Shown here in pieces: positions 18,669 to 28,476 of a stretch of DNA of 64,000 bases. The position numbers and the translations under genes are program-made. The stretch's first letter is position 1; each line of letters starts with the position of its first letter. Source of the DNA: an uncultured delta proteobacterium (lineage in GTDB: Bacteria > Myxococcota_A > Polyangia > Polyangiales > Polyangiaceae); assembly GCA_963731595.1 (NCBI GenBank), contig CAVSWE010000003.1, forward strand, positions 108,948 through 172,947, given 5' to 3'. Below the pieces are notes generated by a model. It was not told the origin of the DNA and did no database searches. It saw only the letters and a program-made list of their open reading frames with translations.

Positions 18669-18708
18669 CCGGGCTCGGCTGAAAATTCGTTCAGCGCCGC
18701 GAGCCCGA
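18669..18708. promoter_or_regulatory. imperfect palindrome in divergent promoter region (candidate regulator site / hairpin)
   Basis: ccgggctcggctgaa-aattcg-ttcagcgccgcgagcccgag. Arms cgggctcg and gctgaa pair with their reverse complements (one 4-nt bulge). Lies between the divergent starts of 18329-18613(-) and sufS(+). Confidence 0.25.
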
Positions 18709-18788
18709 GCGCAGTGCTAACTTTCGGGCGCGCTTATGGAATTCGCCGAGGCCGTTTGCCACGATGCCACACCCGCGAAGGTCGTCGG

Positions 18789-20009
18789 GTGAGCGGCGAT
18801 TCGCTCGCGAGGCGGGTGCGGGCGGAGTTTCCGCTCCTCGGCCGGCCGCTCGGCGAGCTCCCGCTCGTCTTCCTCGACGCCGCGTCGACCACGCCCAAGC
18901 CGCGGGCGGTCATCGACGCGGTGCGCGCGTACTACGAGACGTCCACCGCGAACGTTCACCGCGGTGTTCACCCGCTCGGCGAGCTCGCGACGCGGAATTA
19001 CGAGGCCGCGCGCCTCGAGATCGCCGGTTTGGTCGGCGCGTCGCCGAGCGAAATCGTGTTCGTGCGAGGCGCGACGGAGGCGATCAACCTCGTCGCCCAC
19101 GGGCTCGGTCTCGGGCCGGACGACGAGGTCATTCTTCCCGCGAGCGAGCATCACGCGAACTTCCTGCCGTGGCGCGCGCGCGCGCGGCCGGTGCTCGTGC
19201 CGGTCGACGACGGAGGCGTGCCTCGCTGGGAAGAGGTCGCGAAGCTCTTCTCGCCGCGGACGAAGCTCCTCGCCTTCGCGCACGCGTCGAACGTGACGGG
19301 CGCGATCGCGCCGGTCGCCGAGATGGCGAAGCTCGCGTGCTCGCGAGGCGTCCCGCTGCTGCTCGACGCGGCGCAGTCGCTCGCGCACCTGCCCATCGAC
19401 GTCCGCGAGCTCGGCGTCGACTTTCTCGCGGCGAGCTCGCACAAAGCGTTCGGGCCGAGCGGCGCGGGGTTTCTCTACGCGCGCCGCGAGCGCCTCGCCA
19501 AGCTAGCGCTCTACCAAGTCGGCGGGGGCATGGTCGCCCTCAATCGCGACGTCGGAGCGGGCGCGTTCGTGCCGCTGGATCCGCCGTTTCGGTTCGAAGC
19601 GGGCACGCCGGCGATCGAAGCTTCGATCGGCTTCGGCGAGGCAGTGCGCTGGCTGCGGGCGCTCGGCTGGGAGGCGATCGCGTCGCACGAGCGCGCGCTC
19701 GCGGAGCGCATGCTCGACGGTCTCGCCGAGATCCCGAGGGTGCGCGTGCTCGCGAAGGACCTGCCCGCGGGCGAGCGCCTCGCCATCGCGAGCTTCGTCG
19801 TGGACGCGCCGGGCGTCGCGCAGGAGGACGTCGCGCGGCGTCTCGCCGACGACGCGGGGATCTGCGTCTCGGGCGGCTACCACTGCGCGCACGTGCTCCA
19901 CGAGCGTCTCGGGCTCGCGGGCAGCGTTCGCGCGAGCGCGCACGTCTACAACGACTTCGCCGACGTCGACGCCCTCCTCCGCGCGGTTCGCGCCGTCGCG
20001 ACGAGCTGA
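18789..20009 (+). CDS. sufS: cysteine desulfurase, SufS/CsdA (class V aminotransferase group II)
   Basis: ORF 18714-20009. Start likely GTG 18789 (VSGDSLARRVRAEFPLL matches the usual SufS N-terminus). PLP-Lys motif SSHKAFGPSG. Active-site Cys in GGYHCAHV (group-II HHCA-type). Confidence 0.8.
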   Translation: MSGDSLARRVRAEFPLLGRPLGELPLVFLDAASTTPKPRAVIDAVRAYYETSTANVHRGVHPLGELATRNYEAARLEIAGLVGASPSEIVFVRGATEAINLVAHGLGLGPDDEVILPASEHHANFLPWRARARPVLVPVDDGGVPRWEEVAKLFSPRTKLLAFAHASNVTGAIAPVAEMAKLACSRGVPLLLDAAQSLAHLPIDVRELGVDFLAASSHKAFGPSGAGFLYARRERLAKLALYQVGGGMVALNRDVGAGAFVPLDPPFRFEAGTPAIEASIGFGEAVRWLRALGWEAIASHERALAERMLDGLAEIPRVRVLAKDLPAGERLAIASFVVDAPGVAQEDVARRLADDAGICVSGGYHCAHVLHERLGLAGSVRASAHVYNDFADVDALLRAVRAVATS

Positions 20010-20012
20010 CGA

Positions 20013-20865
20013 TCAGCGTCGGCGACGCGGGCGCCGAATCGCGATGACGCCGGCGCCCGGCGCGGGCTCGGGGTCCATCGGCGGGAGCGCGAGCACGAGC
20101 CGCTCGAATCGTGGGGAGCACGTCGCGCATCGCGCGCTCGGCGCGGAGCATGTCGAACGCCTTGTCGAACACGAGGATCAGCACGTAAATCGCGGCGAAG
20201 CTGCGCGCGACGACGCCGTACGACTCCTCGCGACGATTGTAGGCGAGGTGCCCGCCGCGGTGGAGCATCACGGTCGCGGGGAGCGCGCGCACCTCGGCGA
20301 CGGCGCGCGTCGTCAGCGGCGACGGGGCGCCCGGCGCGGGCGTCGCGGAGGCGCGCTCTTCGGCCTCCGACGCGACTTCTTCGTCCTCGCCGCCGAACGT
20401 CGCGATGAGATCGCGGTGCGACTCGTGGATGCGCTGGATGCGGGCGCGCGCCTCGGGATTCAACGGGATGACGTTGTCCCGCGGCGACGCGAGCGGCCCG
20501 GCGACCGCGCCCCACACAATCGGCGAGTGCGCGTCGATGACGAGCGCGTCGATCGCGTCGGCGCGCTCGGCGAGGCTCTCGAGCTCGTGCCGCAGCGAAC
20601 GGCGGCTGATTTGCGGGCGTTTGAGGCCCACCTCAATCGCGCTCGAGAACGCGGTCGCGAGCATCTCCAGGCGCCGCTGGCGCGCGTCCACGTCGGGCGG
20701 CACTTCGCCGAAGCGCACGACGACCTCCGAACGCTCGCCGAGCGGCGCGACGAGGACGTTGCTCGCGGGCGCGACCGTGCCGCGCGCCTCCGCGCGCACG
20801 TCGTCGGTGTCCATTTCGCGCGCGACCAGCTCGAGGAAGCGCGCGAGTGCGTCGTCGTCTCTCAC
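20013..20865 (-). pseudogene. hypothetical protein translationally coupled to hybrid histidine kinase; apparent frameshift near 20113
   Basis: GTG at 20865 overlaps the kinase TGA at 20862-20864 (GTGA). Protein-like sequence VRDDDALARFLELVAREMDTDD ... FAAIYVLILVFDKAFDMLRAERAMRDVLPT in the frame of ORF 19540-21708. After ~20110 GC3 collapses in that frame. A shifted frame with high GC3 (RFERLVLALPPMDPEPAPGAGVIAIRRPRRRR) ends at TGA ~20013, just past the convergent sufS stop. The shift maps to the gggg run at 20113-20116. Confidence 0.45.
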
Positions 20866-22439
20866 CGTCCGGAAGCCGCCTTCGCGCGCCGATGCAACAG
20901 TCGCCGCAGCTCGCGCACGTCGAAGGGTTTCTCGAGGCGCGGGAGCTCCGTCGAGTCGATGAACTGGCGCGTGCTCGCCGAGAAGGCGCCGCCGGTCATG
21001 AAGATGAACCAATCGCGCAGCTCGGGATGCGAAGCCGAAACACGTTCGAAGAGCTCGATGCCGGTCACCTCGGGCATCATGATATCGCAAAGAACGACGT
21101 CGAAGCGATCGTCCTGTTCGAGCACGAGCATCGCCTCGGCGGCGGAGCTCGCGAGGACCACGTCGAGGTCGCGGCCGAGCGCGCGGCGCAGCGACGAGAG
21201 CAGCGTGAGCTCGTCGTCGACGATGAGCATTCGTTGTCGCGCGACGCTCTCCGGCGGGGCCGTCGTGAGCTCGCGTTTGGCGGAGCGGGCGGCGGGCGGG
21301 AGGCGCACGCGGAACGTCGAGCCGCCGCCTTCCTGGCTCTCGACGATCACGCTGCCGCCCATCGCGTGCACGATCGCGAGACACGTCGTGAGGCCGAGGC
21401 CGGTGCCTTCGCCGACGGGCTTGAGCGTGTAGAACGGGTCGAAGATGCGCGCTTGCACGGCGGCGGACATGCCGACGCCGCTGTCCTTCACCTCGACGAC
21501 GATCATGTTGTCGCTCGGGTCCATGAACGTGCGCACCGAGACCTCGTTGGTCGACGGCGAGCCTTCGGGGATCGCTTGAGCCGCGTTCAGGAGCAGGTTG
21601 AGGAACGCCTGCGCGAGGCGAGACGGGTTGGCCTCGACCGGCGGGATCGCGTCGAAGATCTTCACGAGGCGCCCGCGGTTCTTGAGCTCGCTCTCGACGA
21701 GCACGCACGCCGACTCGAGCAACGCGATCACGTCGAGCAGCTCGCGACGTTCGTCCTCCATGCGCGAAAACGTGCGCAAATCACGGACGATCCGCGCGAC
21801 GCGCTCGGCGCCCTCGCGCGCGTCGCTCATCGCGCTGAGCAGCTCCGCGAGGCGCTCGCGCTCGGGGGCCGACAGCGTCGGCGCGACCGTCTGCAAGAAC
21901 GCCGGCATCTCCTCGGCGAGGTAGTTGATGTTCGCGATGACGTACGCGAGCGGGTTGTTCAGCTGGTGCGCGACGCCGGCGGCGAGCGTTCCGACGGCGG
22001 CGAGGCGCTCGGTTTGCTGCAGCTGCGCCTGCGCGCGCCACGCGGCGCTCGCGTCGCGCACGAGCACGACGCGCACGTGCACGTCGCCGACCTTCATCGG
22101 CCGCAGCGAGACGTCGACGCGCGCGACGCTCCCGTCCGCGCGGCGCCAAGACTCTGTGCGCGGCTCGCCCATGTGGGCGTCGATCCACGCCTCGTAGCTG
22201 CCGGCGCCGGTGATCGCGGTCACCTTGTGCGCGGTGAACGCCTCGAGCGACGCATAGCCGAGCATCCGCAGGAGCGGCTCGTTCGCGTACAAAAATACGT
22301 CGCCCTGCACGACCGCGATCCCGCCCTCGACGTGGTCGAGCACGCGCAGCCGGTCGCCCTCGGCGATGTGCGTCGCCACCGGACCGGATGCCGGGGGTTT
22401 CGTGCTGGTTCGCTCGACGTTGGTCTTCGGGTCAGCCAT
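20862..22439 (-). CDS. hybrid sensor histidine kinase / response regulator (PAS-HisKA-HATPase-REC)
   Basis: ORF 20862-22439. PAS-like N-terminus. H-box AAGVAHQLNNPL. ATPase G-boxes (DSGVGM, GLGL). C-terminal receiver with phospho-acceptor Asp context (RFDVVLCDIMMP). Confidence 0.85.
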   Translation of the reverse strand: MADPKTNVERTSTKPPASGPVATHIAEGDRLRVLDHVEGGIAVVQGDVFLYANEPLLRMLGYASLEAFTAHKVTAITGAGSYEAWIDAHMGEPRTESWRRADGSVARVDVSLRPMKVGDVHVRVVLVRDASAAWRAQAQLQQTERLAAVGTLAAGVAHQLNNPLAYVIANINYLAEEMPAFLQTVAPTLSAPERERLAELLSAMSDAREGAERVARIVRDLRTFSRMEDERRELLDVIALLESACVLVESELKNRGRLVKIFDAIPPVEANPSRLAQAFLNLLLNAAQAIPEGSPSTNEVSVRTFMDPSDNMIVVEVKDSGVGMSAAVQARIFDPFYTLKPVGEGTGLGLTTCLAIVHAMGGSVIVESQEGGGSTFRVRLPPAARSAKRELTTAPPESVARQRMLIVDDELTLLSSLRRALGRDLDVVLASSAAEAMLVLEQDDRFDVVLCDIMMPEVTGIELFERVSASHPELRDWFIFMTGGAFSASTRQFIDSTELPRLEKPFDVRELRRLLHRRAKAASGR

Positions 22440-22552
22440 CGTGGTCCCTCTCGCGGCGCGAGCGGTCCCTTCGCACGAGAAAACGGCAACTACCCGAGAA
22501 ATGTAAGCGGGTTGCGCCGCCCCGTCACAGGCTTTCTGCTAGAGCAGCAGCC

Positions 22553-23156
22553 ATGCCGGTGCTGACCGAAGAGACGGCGAACCCCGATCCCCTCGCCCAG
22601 TTCAGCCTTTGGTTCGAGGACGCAAAAGCCGCGGCCGTGCCTGAGCCGAAATGCCATGGCCGTCGCGACCGTCGGGTCGAACGGGGCGCCGAGCTTGCGC
22701 ATGGTCCTGCTCAAGGGCCACGGCGAGGACGGGTTCGTCTTTTTCACCAACTACGGGAGCCGCAAGGCGCAAGAGCTCGAGCACAACGCCCGCGTCGCGC
22801 TGCTGTTCTTCTGGCCGACGCTGCAGCGCCAAATTCGTGTCGAAGGCAGCGTGGCGCGCACGAGCCGCGAGGAGTCGGCGGAGTACTTCCGCACGCGCGT
22901 CCGCGGCGCGCAGGTCGGCGCGTGGGCGTCGGCGCAGAGCGAGGTCATCACGACGCGCGAGGCCCTCGAGGCGCGCGTGGCCGAGCTGGAAGAAGAGTAC
23001 GCCGGTCGCGAGGTGCCCGTCCCGCCATTTTGGGGCGGCTTTCGCGTCACGCCCTCGCGCTACGAGTTTTGGCAAGGACGCGAGCACCGGCTGCACGATC
23101 GCCTCGTCTACGAGGGGGACGGCGTCCGCTGGAAGATCGCGCGTCTTTCGCCGTAA
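22553..23156 (+). pseudogene. pdxH: pyridoxamine 5'-phosphate oxidase PdxH with single-nt frameshift near 22650
   Basis: ORF 22656-23156 gives the PdxH core (FFTNYGSRKAQEL...RQIRVEG...FWGGFRV...EFWQGREHRLHDRL). The conserved N-terminal segment (MPVLTEETANPDPLAQFSLWFEDAKAAAVPEP) is encoded from ATG 22553 in another frame (within ORF 22388-23164). The two join at the A-run ccgaaatgcc (~22649-22651). Confidence 0.7.
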
Positions 23157-23206
23157 GCTCGTAGGGCAAATCGAACGCGGCGCCCGCGCGTTTAACCGGA
23201 GCCGAC

Positions 23207-26200
23207 ATGCCCAGTGCGCACACCTCCCGATTCGTTGTGGCGCTCGGCGTGCTGGTCGTCGCGTGCGCGCCCTCGATGCCCGCCGACGACGCGAGCCGCG
23301 CCGCGCTTCGGACGCCGGGCGCGCCCGCCGCGAATCCGACCGTCAGCCCGGCCCACCTCGTCCCGCTCGTCGCCACCGACGAAGGCAAGTCGTACGGGGT
23401 CGAGCCCGGCGGGGGCAAGCGGCTGCTTGTCGCCGGCGTGCGCGTCGTGAAGCTCGCAGGCGGCGGGGTCGAGAGCGCGAGCGATCCGTTGCCCGCGCCG
23501 CCGTCGACGACGGTCGACGTGCCCGAGCGGCTCGGCGGCGGGTTCTTGTTCGCGATCGGTCCGACGATTTACCGCGCCGCGAGCTGGCTCGCGCCGCTCC
23601 AGATGCTCTACGCCGCGCCGGTCTCGCCGACGCAGCTCTTCGTCGGGCTCGATCGCGCGTACGTCCGACTCTCGAACGGCGCGTACGCCGCGTTCGATCC
23701 GAAGACCGGCGACCCGATGGACCTCGGGCCGTGGCCCGCGAGCCCCCACGTGAGCAAGTACGTCGCCGCCGACGGGTGGCGCGCGGTCGCGATCGCCGAC
23801 CTGCGCGGCGCAGTCGCGACGTTCGACGCGGGAGGAAAATGGCAGACGCTGCCTCTCCCGATCGAGGCGAAGGATCTCCGGCTCGCCGGCGACGCGATCG
23901 TCGTCAGCGGCGTGGACTCGCAGGGCGACGCGCAGTCGTACGCGGTGCAGCCGAACGGACAGATCGCGCATCTCACCGAGACCGAGCGCGCGGCGCGCGC
24001 GCACCCGCCCGTCGAGCCGGAGGACATCGCCCGCGCGACGGCGAAGAATCCGCTCGCGTCCGCGGTGCTCGACGGTTGGCCGCTCGCCGGCGGGACGGCG
24101 CTCGTCGCGCGCGACGGCGCGCTCTCGCGCGTGCGCGTCGCGGACGGGACGGTGCTCGACACCGCGCCCGACGCCTTCCCGCTGAAGCCCGCGCACTGCC
24201 ATGCGATCTCGCTCGCGCCCGCGAAGGCGGCGTCCGGCGCGTTCGGCTTCGTCTGCGGCGTGCCGCACGGCGCCACCGAGATTTACGCGTACGATTCGCG
24301 CGCGGGAAAGCTCGAGCTCCTTCGGCATTTCGACGGCCCGCGCGCCGTGTTCTCGCCGAGCAACGGCACGCTCGTCGTCGAGGGCTCGTGCAATCCCGAC
24401 GCGACGCCCGTGGACGTGAAGAAGACCGAGCAGCCGTACTGCATCATGCGCGGCAATCGGACGTTCGAGGACTTCGTCGTCAACGGCGACGTCGGCACCG
24501 AGCGCGTCGTGCCGCTCGCCGACGGTCGCACCGCGATCGTCTCGCCGCCGGTCGGCGACATCGCCACGGGCCGACTCACGATCTTCGACGGGACGAAGCC
24601 GAAGACGATTCCGCTCGTCTTCTCGACCGTCGCGCCGAAGCCGCCCGCGCGCGCGCGCCGGGACGACGACGACGAGGACGACGTCGAGGACGACGCCGCG
24701 ACGCAGCCCGACGCCGAGTCGCGCGTCGTCGCCGTGCTCCGCTCGGGCACGTGGCTGCGCGGCATCGAGGAGCGCACGCCAGGCACGCTCTCGGCGTGGG
24801 TCGCGCACTCCGGGCGTTACCTCGGCGTCGAGATCAACCTCGCGGGCGCGGCGAAGCACGGCCCGTTCGTCGTCGATCTCGGGACGGCGATGGTGTCCGG
24901 CCGTTGGGGGCTCGGGTGGACCGCGTCGCGCCAGGGCTACGAGACGATCGACGGCGGCATGACGTGGAAGCCGCTCGCGCTCCCCGAGCCGCTCGAGAGC
25001 GCCGGCCCGTCCGCGGGCGCGGCGACGCACGGGTGCGGGCCCCTCGGATGCGTGCTCGCCGGGTGGATCCGCGTCGGCTGGGGCGAGCCGCCGGCCGCGA
25101 GCGCCGCCGACGCCACTGCGCAGACGCCGCGAACGTTCGACGTGCCCTCGCCGACCGCGCTTCGTCTCCGCTGCGAGGCCGCCGGCAAAGCCCCGCCCGC
25201 GAGCCTCGACGTCTCCGCGACCCCGACCGCCGGCTACGGCTACCGCTACGGCCGCTATGGCGGCTACGGCTACGGGTACGGTTACGGAGGCTACGGCTAC
25301 AACCGCGTCCCGACGACGATCGACTGGCAGCCGTTCTTCTCGATCACGGCGCCGACGCTCGGCAAGGACGAGCTCGGCTTCAGCCGGCGCGTCGACGAGA
25401 TCTACGATCGAAGCGGCACCGATCGCGGCAACTCCGGGCACTTCACGCTCTCGGCGGTCGCGCGGCTCTACGCGTGGGGACCGAAGGGCATGGACTGGGA
25501 CAGCCACGGGCGCTTCGTCGTGCGCTTCACGTCGCCCTTCGAGCCGTCGAGCGTGCTCCGCGCGACGCAAGGCACGACCATCCCTGCGTTCATCGCCGAC
25601 TCCACGAATTTCGTCAGCCTCGGCGGGTACCCGCAACGGCCGCTTCAAGACGTGTCGTTCGTGCCGGGCGACGACGCGAGCCACGGCCTGCTCGTCCTCA
25701 CGCGCTACGTCTACTCGCCGACGGGCAGCGGGCCCGAGTCGATGTTGATGGCGGTCGAGGAAGGACGGCCGGCGGTGGAGATTCGTCGTGAGGGAGGGCA
25801 GCCGCTCGGCGAGCTCGAGTCGGCGGTTCGCATGGGCGGTCGCTGGTACCTCGCGACCACCGACGCGAGCTCGACCATCGTCTCGGAGGTCGAGGCGGGC
25901 GTCGCGCGCGACGTCGCTCGGATCCCGCGCGTCGGAAATGACGCGCAGCGCGCGCCTGCGGTTCGACTCGCGAAGCGCGCCGACGGCCGGATGCTCGCCG
26001 CGCTCGTCGACGGCGTCCCGGCGACCGAAGGCGCCGAGCGGCCGACGCGCTGGGAGAACCAGACGTGGGCGCTCCCGATCGACGTCGGCTCCGGCACGCT
26101 GGGCGATCCCGAGCGTCTCGGGCCGGCCGACGGCAGCGGAAAGTCCGTCCGCGTCTGCGGGGCGGAGGACGGCGGCTGGGTGGTCGACGGACGCTGGCCG

Positions 26201-26440
26201 GGCGCGAGCATCAGCGTGCTCGGCGCGTCGGGCACGCAGCTGAACGGCTACTCCGGCAGCGGAATGTTCGCGCGCTACCACGTGACCGCGCAGGCGCTCT
26301 GCCTCGAGAAGCTGTCGCTCAACGGCTACGCCGAGGCGCCGAGCGCGGGCAAGCTCGGCCGGGTCGACGCGCCGACGGCCGCAGCGGCCCTCTTCGTCGA
26401 TCGCGCGCGGCAAGCATTTCGGTGCGTCCAAAGCCGCTGA
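23207..26440 (+). CDS. large hypothetical lipoprotein (1077 aa) with internal Gly-Tyr repeat
   Basis: ORF 23207-26440. Lipobox MPSAHTSRFVVALGVLVVAC. Diverse protein-like composition over >1000 aa. Internal GYGYRYGRYGGYGYGYGYGGYGYN repeat. The overlapping ORFs 22651-25791(+) and 23192-26533(-) are Arg-rich shadows. Confidence 0.7.
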   Translation: MPSAHTSRFVVALGVLVVACAPSMPADDASRAALRTPGAPAANPTVSPAHLVPLVATDEGKSYGVEPGGGKRLLVAGVRVVKLAGGGVESASDPLPAPPSTTVDVPERLGGGFLFAIGPTIYRAASWLAPLQMLYAAPVSPTQLFVGLDRAYVRLSNGAYAAFDPKTGDPMDLGPWPASPHVSKYVAADGWRAVAIADLRGAVATFDAGGKWQTLPLPIEAKDLRLAGDAIVVSGVDSQGDAQSYAVQPNGQIAHLTETERAARAHPPVEPEDIARATAKNPLASAVLDGWPLAGGTALVARDGALSRVRVADGTVLDTAPDAFPLKPAHCHAISLAPAKAASGAFGFVCGVPHGATEIYAYDSRAGKLELLRHFDGPRAVFSPSNGTLVVEGSCNPDATPVDVKKTEQPYCIMRGNRTFEDFVVNGDVGTERVVPLADGRTAIVSPPVGDIATGRLTIFDGTKPKTIPLVFSTVAPKPPARARRDDDDEDDVEDDAATQPDAESRVVAVLRSGTWLRGIEERTPGTLSAWVAHSGRYLGVEINLAGAAKHGPFVVDLGTAMVSGRWGLGWTASRQGYETIDGGMTWKPLALPEPLESAGPSAGAATHGCGPLGCVLAGWIRVGWGEPPAASAADATAQTPRTFDVPSPTALRLRCEAAGKAPPASLDVSATPTAGYGYRYGRYGGYGYGYGYGGYGYNRVPTTIDWQPFFSITAPTLGKDELGFSRRVDEIYDRSGTDRGNSGHFTLSAVARLYAWGPKGMDWDSHGRFVVRFTSPFEPSSVLRATQGTTIPAFIADSTNFVSLGGYPQRPLQDVSFVPGDDASHGLLVLTRYVYSPTGSGPESMLMAVEEGRPAVEIRREGGQPLGELESAVRMGGRWYLATTDASSTIVSEVEAGVARDVARIPRVGNDAQRAPAVRLAKRADGRMLAALVDGVPATEGAERPTRWENQTWALPIDVGSGTLGDPERLGPADGSGKSVRVCGAEDGGWVVDGRWPGASISVLGASGTQLNGYSGSGMFARYHVTAQALCLEKLSLNGYAEAPSAGKLGRVDAPTAAAALFVDRARQAFRCVQSR
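25231..25300 (+). repeat. GGCTAC-type tandem repeat encoding a (GY)n stretch
   Basis: ggctacggctaccgctacggccgctatggcggctacggctacgggtacggttacggaggctacggctac inside CDS 23207-26440. Confidence 0.8.
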
Positions 26441-26504
26441 AGTGCCGTGCACGAATGTCGGCGTGCTATCTGCACGCCGACTGAAATGGTACGAGGGGGG
26501 ACCC

Positions 26505-28476
26505 ATGGCCGGCCCCTCCCCCGAAGCGCCCACCCCGGAAAAAAAGCCTTACCGCGCGTCCGCGCCGCCCGCGCAGGCGCCGATCGATCCCGAGGTCGAG
26601 TGGTTCCAGAACGTCTACCGCGGAAACGTCCGGCAGTTCACGCTGCGCTCGTTCCTCGTCGGCAGCCTCATCGGCGCGATCATGTGCCTGTCGAACCTCT
26701 ACGTCGGTCTGAAGACCGGCTGGGGGCTCGGCGTCGCGATCACCGCGTGCATTCTCTCGTACGCGGTCTACTCGACGCTCTCGCGCATCGCGCCGAAGCT
26801 CTTCGGGCAGAACCTCACGATGCTCGAGAACAACGCGATGCAGTCGACCGCGTCGAGCGCGGCGAACACGACGACGATCATCTTGGTGTCCGCGATCTCG
26901 GCGCTCCTCCTCGTGACGGGCAAGCACCTGCCGATGGGCCTGCTCATGGGGTGGCTGTTCTTCATGGCGGTCCTCGGGACGATCATGGCGATCCCGATGA
27001 AGCGGCAGATGATCAACATCGAGAAGCTGCGCTTCCCGTCGGGCACTGCGGCCGCCGAGACCCTCAAGTCGCTCTACGGCTCCGGCGGCGACGCTGGTGA
27101 AGAAGGCGCGCGCGCTCTTCGCGATGATGGGCGTCGGCGCGGTCGTCGCGTGGCTGCGTGACGCGCACGGCGACCCGGCGCACCCGATCCTCGGAGCGTT
27201 CACGAAGCTGAGCAAGATCCCGAGCTTGATCCCGATCCCGGGCGTGAAGATCCGCGGCCTCGCGCTCGTGCAGTACACGATCTCGTTCGAAGGCTCGCTC
27301 ATCATGGTGGGCGCCGGCATGCTGATGGGGCTCCGCACGACGATCAGCATGCTCGTCGGGGCGCTCATCAACTTCGGCGTCCTCGCGCCGATCCTCCTCG
27401 ACCACGGCGTCATCCACACGACGGTCACCAAGACCGGCGAGCACGTGCTCGGCTACCGCAACATCGTCTCCTTCAGCTTGTGGCCCGGCGCCGCGTTGAT
27501 GGTCACGTCGGGGCTGCTCACCTTCGCGCTCCAGTGGCGCACAGTGCTCCGCGCGTTCTCCGGGTTCGGCAAGCTCCTCAAGCGCGGCGCTGAGCACCAC
27601 GACGCGCACTCCAGCGACCCGATCGAGAAGGCGCGCGGCGAGCTCGAGAAGATCGAGGTGCCGTCGTCCTGGTTCGTGCTCGGCACGACCTTCGCGACCA
27701 TCGGGCTCGTGATCATCGGGTACGTCTCGTTCAAGATCTCGCCGATCCTCGGCGTCATTTCGGTCGTCATGGCGTTCATGCTCGCGATCGTCGCGTGCCG
27801 CGCGACGGGCGAGACCGACATCACGCCCGTCGGCGCGATGGGCAAGATTACGCAGCTCACGTACGGCGTGCTCGCGCCGTCGAACATCACGACGAACTTG
27901 ATGACCGCGAGCGTCACTGCGGGCACCGCCGGCGCTTCGGCCGACCTCCTGAACGATCTGAAGAGCGGCTACCTCCTCGGCGCGAACCCGCGGCAGCAGT
28001 TCCTCGCGCAGCTCTCGGGCACGCTCATCGGCACGCTCGTCTCGGTGCCGGCGTTCTACTTGCTCGTGCCGACGCCCGACGCGCTCGGCACCGATCGCTT
28101 CCCCGCGCCGAGCGCGCAGGTGTGGAAGGGCGTCGCCGAGCTCCTCGCGCACGGCGTCGAGTCGCTGCACCCGTGGGCGCGCTGGGGCATCGTCATCGGC
28201 GGCGGCATCGGCCTCGTGCTCCCGCTGCTCGAGCTCGCGTTCCCGAAGTACAAGAAGTGGATGCCGAGCGCGACGGGCCTAGGGCTCGCGCTGGTCATCC
28301 CGGCGTTCAACTCGGTCTCGATGTTCCTCGGCGCGCTCCTCGCGTACCTCTGGGTGAAGTACAAGCCGGACCACGGCGAGCGCTACATCACGCCCGTCGC
28401 CTCGGGCATCATCGCGGGCGAGAGCCTCCTCGGCGTCGCTGTCGCGCTGCTCAGCGCCGCAGGGTATTTGCAGTGA
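26505..28476 (+). pseudogene. OPT-family oligopeptide transporter, split by frameshift near 27085
   Basis: ORF 26442-27161 is the N-terminal OPT region (likely start ATG 26505 with GAGGGGGG RBS; ...EWFQNVYRGNVRQFTLRSFLVGSLIGAIMCLSNLYVGLKTGW...). ORF 27097-28476 in another frame is the rest (~460 aa, many TM helices). The first frame turns Arg-rich after ...LKSLYGSGGDAG. Combined length ~690 aa fits OPT. Confidence 0.7.

Noticed and set aside
22651-25791. 1046-aa plus ORF and 1113-aa minus ORF (23192-26533) over the large lipoprotein gene
   Set aside because: Arg-rich shadow frames. The 23207-26440 frame alone has a lipobox start and diverse composition.
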